Below, in pieces: positions 1 to 57,520 of a stretch of 64,000 bases of DNA. The notes beneath the pieces are model-generated. The model searched no databases. It was not told the DNA's origin and saw only the letters and a list, made by a program, of their open reading frames with translations. The position numbers and the translations under genes are program-made. This DNA comes from Chrysomallon squamiferum (Eukaryota > Animalia > Mollusca), in contig CM022679.1 in the NCBI GenBank assembly GCA_012295275.1, forward strand, positions 30,070,001-30,134,000, in the 5' to 3' direction. Within the stretch, counting starts at the first letter, position 1; each line of letters opens with the position of its first letter.

Positions 1-1425
1 TAGGAGAATTATATCTGTGAAGTCTCGGTGAGTGTAATAACAAACACGCTAAGCGCTAACGTTACGTTTTTCACAGGGTTTCTACTTTTATTAAACACTT
101 CTGTAAGCAGTCGAATGATGTCAGACGCTGTTACTGTTGTTGTTGTACGGAACATGAACTAAACTGAACTTTTAAAACGAGGCGTCTGTACTCACTCGGT
201 TACATGTATGACTCAGCGTTCCGTGGATTATTTCATTTAGAAAGCTCGGACTGGATTCTAGTGGTGACGAGTCTGTAGTCAAACTTTGACGACTCGGCGC
301 TGTTTGCTGTGATTTTAGGAAATCATTCGATGAGGATGCGTTTCCCACAAAAGCTGTGATTGTAGATTTGTTAAATGTAAGCAGGTGTTCAATTACTGTG
401 GGATTATCAGTGGTTCATGTGGTAGAGTTTTGTGTGTTTATATTTGTGTAGACTTTTTTTAAAAAAGAAAAAGAAAAAAGGCTCTCTGTCGGTTATATTA
501 TGATATAAACGCTGGCAGTTTTGTGGTTTCAATAACATTTTTATTGTTGTGATATTTCTGTTTTACGAGTTTCAGTAGTATTTAAAACATTCGACTCGTG
601 TTGTTTGTTTGTTTTTTATTTTTTGGCTATTTTTCCTTTATAATTAATATTATTTTTTAATTAACTGAACAAGTTTTCTATCTCTGTTATTGGAATTACC
701 TGAACATTTTAAAACTTTTTCTTACATTGGCGTTTATTTTTTAATAAGTGGAATCATTCTTAAGACTTTTGTAAATAAGAAGACACAAACAGAATGAATC
801 ACAGATGAGGAATGATTAAATAAATTGCGTGGTATTCTGTAAAGTTTGAATTATGAAGTTTTACGACCAGTGAACTTCAAGCAGATAACTTTGGAATCGT
901 GATATTATAGCGTTTGTGAAGTACTTCATGTAGACATTTTTAAAATTTTTGTATTATAATGTCTGTGAAATTCCGATCACTACAAAGTTTCACTGTGAAT
1001 AAACTTCAAGTTTAGTCATCTTACTTTACGAACATTCAAGCTTGGATTACGGAACAGTTCTAGAAAGCGTGCAGCTAGTTTGACATTTCTGTTTCACTTG
1101 GGACATCAAGACCTATCTCTTGTTTTGCTGCTCGGATTACAAAATCTGTTGGCGATCATCTCACTCTCTTCACTCGATTTATTTTTATTGTTATTGGATT
1201 ACAAGTGTGTTATAATTTTTAAAAATTATCCGTTGTTATTTATTTTACATTTATTTATATCTTCTAATAATCTGTGACAACGGATGAGGCGATTAACCTC
1301 TTATATACACAATCAACCTCTGATAATGATACTGCTAGATAAGGTTACGTGTGTAAACAATTAGAGGCTTGTGACATGGTCGGGGATAACAAACCAGTTC
1401 ATATACGACGCTCGCTGTTCTGGGC

Positions 1426-46728
<45,303 letters not shown>

Positions 46729-48407
46729 TGTCACGTGACTCAAACGGAAATAGCCTCGCTGTGATATTCTCTCAGCACGCAAGCGCAGTTGGGAGTGCAA
46801 AGCTTCGCTGTGCCTTACATGTAATAATAATAATAATAATAATAAGGGCAACAGTGGATATAAAAAAAAAATTAAAAAAAAAATGGCCAGATTTTGTCTC
46901 AGGAAATCAATAAAACCTGGTCTCATGACGCTGTACATACTTTTCACAGTGAAATGTGATATATATATAAAAAAAATAATAAATAAAAGAAAGAAATATA
47001 AAATGTTCTAGACAGTTCTGCAAGTTGTAGAAAGGAAAGTTAGAGACTGTGTGAATGCTGATAGTTTGTTTTATACGCGTTTTCAGACAACTGTAGCTTA
47101 AATTAACGAAGTTAAATCCCCCAGGTGCTTTCGTTACATTGAAAAATATTGTAATTAACCAAAGTAAGTGATTACGTGACGTCATTACTACACAACATAT
47201 CCCATGATTCCTTGTCAAAACCATTTCATTTCGGTCAGTGTGAACAATGCTTTATCTCACTGACTGAAGGGGTGTATGAATGAACGCCATTTTTTTCTTT
47301 TTTTTTTTTAGATGGAAGACCTTTATGAATAATCTAGATGAATAATCATAATCTACAAAGAATATAAATGATTTCTCTTCCCTCTTTCGGAGTAATCCTT
47401 AATCGGATATCAGGATAATTCTGTATTTATTTTCTGTCGAAATGAATTAGCATGACAGTCTGTACAACGGTTTATGCTGTGCATAATGATGTACAGTGTA
47501 TAAAAGTATTCCTTATTAATTTTAAATTGCTTTAAAAAATTTCAGGATTACGATTAGTTAAGAATTAAAAATAAGAAAATATTTATTAAACTATTATTAT
47601 TTTTTTATTATTATTATCATCATCATAAGCATCATCATCATCATTTTTCAAATAATAATAAGAAGAAGAAGAATAATGATGATGATGAAGTCCAATAACT
47701 TGGTTCATTTTATAGACATCACATTTTGCAAATCATTTTTTATTTTTTTATTTTTTTTTTTTATTTAGCAAAATTTCTACGTGCAAAAACGCGCGTATTT
47801 TCTGCTTCGTCGTCAGTCATTCGACTTTCCCACCTTCTCGCGTGTTTTTGTATGAAGAGCTCCCAGCACTTTTTTTTTTTCGATGTGTTACAGGGTTATC
47901 TGACTTGCTTTGATTCGTAATATGAAAAATAACTTCTGCTGTGCTTTCAAGAGTGATAAAGTTTTTGCGAAAGAGAGAGAGTGAAAAAAAAGAGAAATTT
48001 CACCGCAATCATGAAGTATTTTGTCTTTGTGTGAATGTTAGTCACGTGTGTGTTACGCACGTGAGAATGCTGTGTATTTGTGAAGAGAGATACCAGTTAC
48101 AGTTATTCAGAAGTCTATATATATATATTATAACTGTTAGGAATATTTTTGGTTAATTTCTATTTTTAACGATTGTTATTATATATATATATATATATAA
48201 AAGAAAGGGGAAAAAGAAAAGATTTATGACTGTCTATATCTAAACAGGATAAGGAGCCATTATAATGAAAATTGTAAAAAGTTCCATATTGAAAGATTTA
48301 ACAAAGAATAAGATTTATGCACTCATGGGTTTAACAAAAATATATATTTCTCAAAGAATATTTCTCAATCACCCCTTTCATAAAATAAAAAAAAAGGTTT
48401 TTCATAG

Positions 48408-48442
<35 letters not shown>

Positions 48443-48677
48443 TTCTAAAGCTTTTTTACTTTTTACTTTATTATATTATGTATTAAGATTTTTTCTTTTT
48501 TTTTTTTTCTTTCTTTTTTAATTTCTTTTCTTTTTTAAAATAAATTCAAGATAATAAAAATTATTTTCAGTATCCGTAATATTCGGATTGATATAACAAG
48601 AAAGAAGTGGATCATCAAAAGTGAACATTCTGAAGAAATTATTATTATTATTTTTTTTTTTTTTTTTGATAAAACTT

Positions 48678-48820
48678 AAAACTGCGGAGTTCAAATCATG
48701 ATATTTCACTATAGGGGACTCTTACAAATAAAGAACTCAGACATTGTACGAATTTTTCATGCGGCTTCATTTATGGATTTTGACTGGTATATCACAATTT
48801 TTGTTTATTTATTTTTTATT
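48678..48820 (+). repeat. Dispersed ~130-bp repeat, copy 1
   Basis: atttcact..agg.gact...gaactcagacattgtacgaatt.ttcatgc.g.ttcat.ta.g.atttt also present at 51800-51920. Confidence 0.85.
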
Positions 48821-49386
48821 TTTTATTTTTGTTTTCGGATGGTTCTGTCGAAACGAGACAATCAGATTACAGGTATTGGTAATTAACGTCATGCTTCAAT
48901 CAAACCATGCTCGCCTATCACGGGCATTGCGTGTGACTTCGTTACTTTTGTTTTTCAAACCAGGCTTTTTTAACTTACATTAAACTGAACTTTGTATCTT
49001 TATATCTCTGACTGTTATGTCATGTCCATGACAAACCATTCTGGTACAGATCCTTATCCGTAATAATCATGGGTATTTGAATCTAAAAGGCATGGGTTTG
49101 AATATACGCTTCAAATTTATTGTATTTGGGACTGAACTGCTTTTTCATAAATTATCTATAGAAGAAGTAAACCTTTTTTTTTTTTCTTTTTTTTTTTCAT
49201 ATATAGAAAGTACATTCAATAACAGATCTTTCTTTTTTCTTTATTTACCTATATTAATTTTTTATTTATTTTATTTTATTATTATTTTTTTTTTTTTAAG
49301 TTTGTTATGTTGTTGTATTTTAGGAAATCGAATCAAAACGTATGTCTGTCTGAAGTTACGTTAAAAAGCGTTTACACGATAAACTT

Positions 49387-49426
<40 letters not shown>

Positions 49427-49571
49427 CAGGAAAGATTGTTTAATGTTGATGACAGAAATAAATATATAGATTGTTTGTTGTTGGTTTATTATTATTATTA
49501 TTGTTGTTGTTGTTGTTGTTGTTATGGTTCTTCTTCGTCTTATTATTATTATCATTTTTTTTTTTTATTTG

Positions 49572-49627
<56 letters not shown>

Positions 49628-49770
49628 TACATATTGAAAATTATATTTAACCTGTTATCAATAATTTCAGAACTCTTGGTTTTCAAATATATAAGTATTC
49701 TATAATCAAATATCCATAATAAATAAATTAATTAACTGAAAAAGGCCTTGAATTTGAAAAACATACTGTT

Positions 49771-49801
<31 letters not shown>

Positions 49802-50817
49802 TAATGATAATGATGATAACGATGGTGATATTTACAATCTGAAGCGACTGAAAATGATATAGTATTTCAGAGGTAAGGAAGAAAAAGATGATGGATGAAA
49901 TTAAGATTTTTAAAAATTATTATTGGCAAGAAACAACAAACTATTAGTAATATTATACAAACTATATTTTATTCAAAAAAAAAAAAAATGTTTTGACCAG
50001 TTACACATTATATTGACATTCAAAAATAAATATAACCATTTGACAAATGAAAAATATTTTTTTTAATAATCAAATATAATAAATACCTCCATGTATACTT
50101 GTACAAATTAAAATATGGTATATACAGTAAAGCATTTTACATATATGTATATTATATATGTATGTATATATATGTATTATGATTGTAAAACAACACACAG
50201 CACAAACCAAAGACTTAAGGCAGTTTTATAATACTCTGGTTAAAAACACAACAACACACACATGAAAACGACAAACCCAGTATAACAGAACAGTGATAAC
50301 ATTTTATGCATACAATAGTTCTTAAATATGTGTATAATAGAAATTTTCAAATATATACCTGTATAAAAAAAATTAAAATTCTAAAATTTTTTTAAAAGTA
50401 TGTGATATATTTATATTCTGAATTTTTTCTTGAAAGTCCAGATTTTTTATATTTTTCTTTTATTTACTTTTTTTTTTTATACATATATTTTTATTTTTAT
50501 TTTTAATTTTTATATATATAATTACTTATTATTTTTAGACCTTCATAAACAAATGTTAAAAATTAATCAAAAGTATTATTATAAGATGGGGTTTTTTGGC
50601 ACTTACTTTTATTTAATTGTTTTTTTATTTCCTTTTCTCTTCTTCTTGTGGGGGGGTATTTTAATTAAACATGTCAATTGAAATTTTAGTTTTCTTTCCT
50701 TACATCTGTATCTATATATATTAAATTCTCATTATTACTATATCACACATTTAATCATTTACAATGAGTATTAAAGTTATTTCAAAACCAAAATCCATAT
50801 GATAATAATAATAATAA

Positions 50818-50900
<83 letters not shown>

Positions 50901-51069
50901 ACAAAAACATATAAATAAATAAATCAATCAATAAACTGTAAAAAGCCAGATGTAGAAATCTGGTGCATCTTATAAAACAAAAGAAGTATAAATTAATAAA
51001 AAAAAAAAAAATAATAAATATTTTGATTCATGCATACATTAACATAAATTATGATAATGTCAGGGCCCA

Positions 51070-51189
51070 CTACTCTGCATGTTCCTCTGGCTCTTCTTCT
51101 ACTGGTTCCTCTGCATTATCTTCTCCTTGTGAAACTGGGTCGTCACCAGCCACATCATGTGACTCAGTGAGATTTTCTGCACTAATCCC
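51070..51189 (-). CDS. DYDC1: DYDC coding exon 4 (acidic tail, stop)
   Basis: tatcag|GISAENLTESHDVAGDDPVSQGEDNAEEPVEEEPEEHAE-TAG. Confidence 0.82.
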   Translation of the reverse strand, partial: GISAENLTESHDVAGDDPVSQGEDNAEEPVEEEPEEHAE

Positions 51190-51696
51190 CTGATAAACAA
51201 TTAAATATTAAGTAAGTAAATAAATAAACAAAGAAGAAAGAAAACAAATAAAATAGAATTATGACTTGTAATATTACTATTGATATTATTACCAACACCA
51301 GAGTTGTACTTACAGACCTACTAATACTGTACTACTACTAGGCTAGTTTCTGCTGTCACTGCTACTATACTAGTGTTACTAGTATTAATATACCATTATA
51401 TATGATGGCTATTAATATTAACTTTCACTGTAACAGAAATTGGAAATACTTTACTAACAACAACTACAACAACAACTGCTACAGCTTCACAAATGACAAA
51501 AACATTTTTTTTTTCTTCACACCACTGAATTAGAAATGAAAGAAAATAATGTAAGGGAGACAACTCCTAATTGAGAAAATTATTAACAATGTGTATTAAC
51601 AATACTTACAGAGATTTATATGTATGTGTATGTTGTGTGTGTGTGTGTGTGTGTGTGTCTGCATCTGCATGCGTGTGTATGTCAGTATATTTATTT

Positions 51697-51737
<41 letters not shown>

Positions 51738-53209
51738 TTAGATAAATAATATACTGATATTTCAGTTTTATTGTTATTTCTGGTGGGTTTTTTTTTTTAT
51801 AAAACTGCAGAATTTCACTGCAGGAGACTCCACTAATAATGAACTCAGACATTGTACGAATTCTTCATGCAGATTCATGTACGAATTTTTATTATTATGT
51901 CACAATATTTATTTATTATTTACTTTATTTATTATTATTATTATTTTTTATTTTTTTTTCAATTAAATAAACACATACCTCAACATGCTCTGCTGGCTCC
52001 TCCAAGGAGTCAACTGGCTCCTCAACCTTCTCAACAACTGTTGCTAGTTTACTCGCTGACGATGACTCTGCTTCCTTCAACTCCTCTTCTTTCTGATAAA
52101 CAAACATTTGGTTAGTAACTTCTCAACACAGTCTATACATCTACGTTTACATGTTGTGTTGCAGGTGAATACACATGTATAAGTCTGTGTTTATGTACTG
52201 TGTTGTGGGATCAATATACATATACAAGTCTGTGTTTATATACTGTGTTGCAGGTGAATACACATGTGTAAGTGTTGTTTTTATACTGTCTGGTGGGTAA
52301 AGACACATATATCTGGTTTCTTACATTGAGTATGTATCTCTGTACAAATATGTGACTGTAAAAATTTAATGAATAAAATAATAACAGTAATTATAAACAA
52401 ACTGAAAATGAATATTTATTATATACCTTTTTTTCATTTATTTTTAATTTTTTTCATAAATTGTACTTTTTTTTAATTTTTTTTAAATAGCAGGTCTTGT
52501 ATTTGGGAAGGTGTCTGACTTTTTTAAGCAGGTTTTTACTTTTCCAATGACTGTGGAATTTCTTTTCATCAACACCCATTCCTTCAAACGTTTACAAACA
52601 TTTAAATTTGTTAAGAAGTAACGGGCTTCCATGTTTTACGAGAAGATAACTGCATTTACTTTCAAACAGGAAGCGTGGTATGAGTTACTTACCCTTCTCT
52701 TTTCTTCCTCTTCCTTACGTATGCGAGCAGCCTCCTTCTTCATTTCTTCTTTCATCTTTCTCTCTTGCTCATGTTCCTCCTTCTCCTTCTTCAGCCTCAC
52801 AATCTCTGCTTCTTTCTGAAAAACAGCATCAAAGTAGAGGAAACACAGAGCTTTTTAATTAATAAGTATGTGTACAAACAGAAATAAATGTGCAATCAGC
52901 CAGACAGAGAGAGATACATAGATAACTACACACTTGTAGACAGATATATGTATGGGTGTAGATATATAAATCAATGGAAAGAAAGACATTAAAAAGTAAA
53001 TAGACTGATAAACAGCTGACTGGACAAACATACAGTAAATGTTTAGGTATAACTATATATATATATAGGGTCAAAATGGAAACAAAGAATATTTCTCTTT
53101 ACGATATACTCCTCATCATTTGTCCATTTAATTTTCTTTTTTCTTATTTACATTATTTAATTTTATCATGATCATCATCATCGTCATTATTCTTATTATC
53201 ATCATCATC

Positions 53210-53241
<32 letters not shown>

Positions 53242-53514
53242 TATTATTATTATTGTTATTATTATTATTGCTGTTATTATTATTACTATTATCATTATTA
53301 CTGTTATATTATTATCATTATTATTATTATTTTAGTAACAAATAATTATTTATTTTTTGATTTTCACCTCTCTCATGTATTTCTGATTGGCTTCGTATTT
53401 ATACAGCCACTGAGAAATGAACTCGATGGGGTCAGCAGGTCGTTTCTCTGCAACCTCAGCCAAACACATGGACAGACACGAACCAACATGTGACTTCAGG
53501 TACGAGGCTTCCAT
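51070..53514 (-). CDS. DYDC1: DPY30 domain-containing protein (DYDC1/DYDC2-like, radial spoke protein), 167 aa
   Basis: complement(join(51070..51189,51979..52092,52693..52815,53368..53514)); all introns phase 0 and GT-AG. N-terminus MEASYLKSHVGSCLSMCLAEVAEKRPADPIEFISQWLYKY matches the DYDC Dpy-30 motif, followed by an E/K coiled coil and an acidic tail. DYDC1 versus DYDC2 orthology cannot be resolved. Confidence 0.88.
51800..51920 (+). repeat. Dispersed ~130-bp repeat, copy 2 (DYDC last intron)
   Basis: gaactcagacattgtacgaatt is identical to copy 1, flanks diverged. Confidence 0.85.
51979..52092 (-). CDS. DYDC1: DYDC coding exon 3
   Basis: tatcag|KEEELKEAESSSASKLATVVEKVEEPVDSLEEPAEHVE|gtatgt. 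Confidence 0.85.
52150..52310. repeat. ~44-bp tandem repeat, 3-4 copies
   Basis: Unit ~tgtgttgcaggtgaatacacatgtataagtctgtgtttatgtac. Confidence 0.8.
52693..52815 (-). CDS. DYDC1: DYDC coding exon 2 (coiled coil)
   Basis: tttttcag|KEAEIVRLKKEKEEHEQERKMKEEMKKEAARIRKEEEEKRR|gtaagt. Confidence 0.9.
53368..53514 (-). CDS. DYDC1: DYDC coding exon 1 (Dpy-30 motif)
   Basis: MEASYLKSHVGSCLSMCLAEVAEKRPADPIEFISQWLYKYEANQKYMRE|gtgaaa; acceptor immediately upstream of ATG. Confidence 0.92.
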
Positions 53515-53754
53515 CTCTACAGTCATAAATGAGATTCAGTTTTTTTGGAAAAAACAAAAACACTCAGCTGATACTGAAACAAATACAAACATTAATCAAA
53601 ACATAATTTATTAAAAAGAAAAAAAAAAAAAAGAAAAGCAAATAAATAATGAAATAAATAATGAAATGCATAAATAAATTTAAAAAAATTAAAGAAATTC
53701 AGACAATAAAAAAAAAAAAAAGAAATAAGCAAACAAACAAACCAAAATTAAATA

Positions 53755-53895
53755 AAAGATATATCAAACTTAATGTTGATAATTGTGCAGTTATAAAGAT
53801 ATATCTAACTTAATATTGATAACTGTGCAGTAACAAAGATATATCTAATTTAATGTTGACAAAGATAGATTTAGCTCAACATTGATAATTGTGGA
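53755..53895. repeat. 40-bp tandem repeat, ~3.5 copies
   Basis: Unit ~aaagatatatctaacttaatgttgataattgtgcagttat. Confidence 0.8.
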
Positions 53896-54330
53896 AAATT
53901 TCGGAGCTAACTTCACCAAATTGTTTTTGTTGCTGTTTTTGTTTGTTTGTTTATTTTATTTTTCATAAAAATAACTATAAATTTCATGTTTTTTTTTTTT
54001 TTTTTTTTTTTTTTAAATAATTTAAATAACAGCATAAGATAAAGATTTTTTTCTAAAAAGAAAAACAGGTTCTTGCAATAATTATTATTAAGATTAGTTG
54101 ATACTTATCCCCACACCAATTTTAATTTCATTCATTCAAATTTTAATAATGAATACTTATTAAAACAGTTATATAGTTTGTCATTGAATAAAATATAATA
54201 ACAATAATATTAAAATTTCAGTGGGTGAATTAATTAATTTTATTGAGAAAAATACTTCATATAAACAACGATAACTTGGAGTTACTTTTAAAGTTACAAA
54301 TATGGGAATATGTGTTATATTATTATTATA

Positions 54331-54399
<69 letters not shown>

Positions 54400-54649
54400 T
54401 ACTATTATTTATATAATTATCTGCCCCTATACATGTATACACTAGTGTGAAGGTGCACAATGAATCAGTTAATTACAAAAATAATTTCCTAAAAGTTAAT
54501 CTGAAGTAACAAGTAAAGTACAAACCATACAACTTCAGTTTTAAATTTACAACGCCTGCAAAAAATGGCGCTTATGTAACAAACGACGTATAAGGCTTTG
54601 AACAACAAAGCTGAAGACAAAATTATTCATAAAATAAACTGTCACTAAC

Positions 54650-54760
54650 CTTCTGTAGCCTAGAGATCAACAGGGGCCCAATAAAATTTAGATTTCCGAA
54701 GGAAAAGAAAGAAAAACACGATGTCAGTAAAATCTATAAAACTTGTAAAAAAAACGGAAG
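54650..54760 (-). other. Putative non-coding first exon (5'UTR) of DYDC
   Basis: Minus-strand donor AAG|gttagt at 54650/54649; the DYDC ATG exon starts with an acceptor, so an upstream exon is required; 5' end uncertain. Confidence 0.55.
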
Positions 54761-54769
54761 TAAATAAAG

Positions 54770-54840
54770 CAATCACTTCCTTAGCAACACGAAACCATCA
54801 CGTGATGTCGTTATAGTACAAAAGAGATCACGTGACTCAT
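54770..54840. promoter_or_regulatory. Candidate bidirectional promoter: RFX X-box-like site plus two TCACGTGA E-boxes
   Basis: ACTTCCTTAGCAAC at 54775-54788 (strong RFX half-site TAGCAAC); ATCACGTGAT at 54797-54806; ATCACGTGAC at 54827-54836 overlapping TGACTCA; lies between two divergent genes. Confidence 0.6.
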
Positions 54841-54893
54841 AATTAAACCGCGTTGATAAGAAATAAATATATTTTAATTAACAGTTTCTAAAT

Positions 54894-55277
54894 ATGTCAG
54901 GGACATTTCGAGTGCCGCCGACAATATACGGTCGTCGAAGTATATTTTCAGGTAAATTTTCTTTCTTTTCTTTTTTTTTTTTTTTTTTTTTTATTATTTT
55001 TATTTAGAAAAAAAAAAAATTAAAAAATTAAAAAAAAGAGAGAGAGAGAATCATTCTTTAAAAAATTGAAACATTTACATTATAAAGCTAATATGTTAAA
55101 ATCTGGTGTGGAAAAAAAAACAATAATAGAAAGTATTTATATGTGGGTTTTTAATAAATAAATAAATAATGAAGACTTACTACAATTTGTTTTGCATTAA
55201 AACGAATTCGGCTCAGTTTGTATGCAAACTTTCAGTCAGCAGTAGTTCCTGTATTAGTTGTTGTTGTAAATACACAT

Positions 55278-55309
<32 letters not shown>

Positions 55310-55969
55310 CACACACACACACACACACATATGGATATATATACTTATAGTTATTTATTTATTTATTTATTTATTTTCAGGGCCCGATTACTTACGTGAT
55401 TATCGAAAATATGTGCAACCTGATCACAGATACATTGGCAACACAACAATTTCCAGAGAGCTTAACAATGACGTAAATGGTTTGCTCAGGGCGGGGCCAA
55501 ATGCTCAGTTTCCAAGACCTACGTCCAAGTCTGCTGGCGGGATTGGCTGGGGGGCGACCCGTTTCACCGGTTTCTCCACTGCAACAGGAGAGCAAATTTT
55601 CGTATGTAGACCGAGCAGATCTTTCATTATTATTCATTGATTGATTGATTTTATTTTATTTTACTTTACTTTACTTTACTTTACTTTATTTTACTTTACT
55701 TTACTTTACTTTACTTTACTTTACTTTACTTTACTTTACTTTACTTTATTTATTTATTTATTCATTCATTCATTTGTTCATTTGTTTGTCTGTTAATTTA
55801 TTTGATTCTGTCCCAATCACGTTATTTGTAATAATACCGTACTGAGTGAAAATGGCCAGTTTATAAATAGACTGATTCCAGCCAGCAGGCTTTTAACATG
55901 TATCATTAATGTTACGTTCATTATTTATTAGCGATATATTTATTTTCATTTTTATTATATGTCTTCTAC

Positions 55970-56005
<36 letters not shown>

Positions 56006-56151
56006 GCGTTTCTTGTAGCTACTAAGAAGTAGTACTTCCTCAATCACAGATTATATAGAAATAATAAAAATTTTGCAGCTGGGTGAACACCGACAAGCTT
56101 TAGAGGATAAATATTCTCACAGACTCCAGAATCCTCGGTAAATGAAGCACA

Positions 56152-56201
<50 letters not shown>

Positions 56202-56722
56202 CAGTAGTAGTAGTAGGAGGAGGAGGAGGAGGAGGAGTAGTAGCTGTTGTTGTTGCAGTAATAAAATAGTAGGCGTAGGAGACGTAGTAGTGGGAGATGA
56301 AGGAGTAGTAGTGGTAGTAGATGCGGTAGCGACAGTGGTAGTGCAGTAATAGTAATAGAAGTAATAGTTATAAAAATAGTAATAGTAGTTGTTATAGTAG
56401 TAATTATAGCAGTAGTAATGGCAATCATAGTAGTGGTAGTAGTAATAATAGTGGTATGCAGCAGTAGTAGTAATAGTAGTAGTAATTGTAGAACAGTGAA
56501 GTAGTTTTTGTTGTAATAGCTTGTAATAGTAACGATAATCACAGTAGTAATAGCAGTTGTAATAGTAGTAGTAGCTGTAGTAGTAGTAGCAGCAATAGTA
56601 GCTGTAGTAGTAGCAGCAGCAGCAGTAGTAGTAGTAGTAGTTGAAATAATCGTAATTGTTATTTTTGCAGAGATACATATAAACGTCTGAGTATCGTAGC
56701 AGAAATGATGGACGAACGTTAG
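54894..56722 (+). CDS. SPMIP2: C4orf45/SPMIP2-like protein (DUF4562-type sperm microtubule inner protein), 129 aa
   Basis: join(54894..54951,55381..55601,56079..56137,56671..56722) = 390 nt, GT-AG, phases 1/0/2 consistent. MSGTFRVPPTIYGRRSIFSGPDYLRDYRKYVQPDHRYIG...GGIGWG...TGEQIFLGEHRQALEDKYSHRLQNPRDTYKRLSIVAEMMDER*. Motifs IF(S/T)GPDY..DY, IGW and HR.QNP recall human C4orf45; last exon less certain. Confidence 0.8.
56150..56660. repeat. (ATT)n plus degenerate (AGT/AGC/AGG)n trinucleotide tract filling most of the last SPMIP2-like intron
   Basis: Direct reading. Confidence 0.9.
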
Positions 56723-56723
56723 G

Positions 56724-56794
<71 letters not shown>

Positions 56795-57465
56795 GTTCTT
56801 GTCGTTTTTATTGTTATGTTACAAATCTTTGAGGTTTTACTACACTACACTGAGAAACCTTTCGCCACATATACAATAAAACTTCGATAAACGATACAAA
56901 AACCATAATATTGCTCGACAGAGATCATTATTTAATCAGAATTACTGAGATACGTTTTAAAGACTTTAAAAATAAAAGGCTTTGTGGATTCATTCGTCTA
57001 ACAAATTTCGCCCTAGTTCGAAGCAGATACTAAGATTTGATCCCTGTGCCTATAATGTATACGAGTCGTACAAAAAAAACATAACTTTGATAACAAATGT
57101 TTTAAGAAAAACTATATAGCTTGCAATTCTTTGGTAGAAAAATGAAATTTTAAATATTTTTGTTTCATTAACAGCTTGATGCAAATAAATTGTCTGAATA
57201 TAAATTAATGTCGTCTTTTTGAAGAATAGGTTATTTGTTTATTTTTTTTTTTTTATTTTTTTTTTTTTTTTTAGTAATGTGGAATTAATCCCATCATTCA
57301 TGAGTTTGTGGTACCTGATTGCATAAGAACTCGTTATACCTGATTTATTTGGCTGTAATTAATGCGATTTAAAATAAATTAAAAAGTTAATAATAATATT
57401 AATTTTTTTAAATGCTGCAATAAAGTTTTGTCAAATCATGCTTGATGTTTTATATTTTTTTTTTC

Positions 57466-57520
<55 letters not shown>

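Noticed and set aside
1-1425. PKG promoter and 5'UTR structure (AP-1-like tgactca near 208, possible donors)
   Set aside because: Transcription start and UTR introns cannot be placed from sequence alone.
53417-53614. 65-aa plus-strand ORF
   Set aside because: Antisense to the DYDC Dpy-30 exon, which has the real homology.
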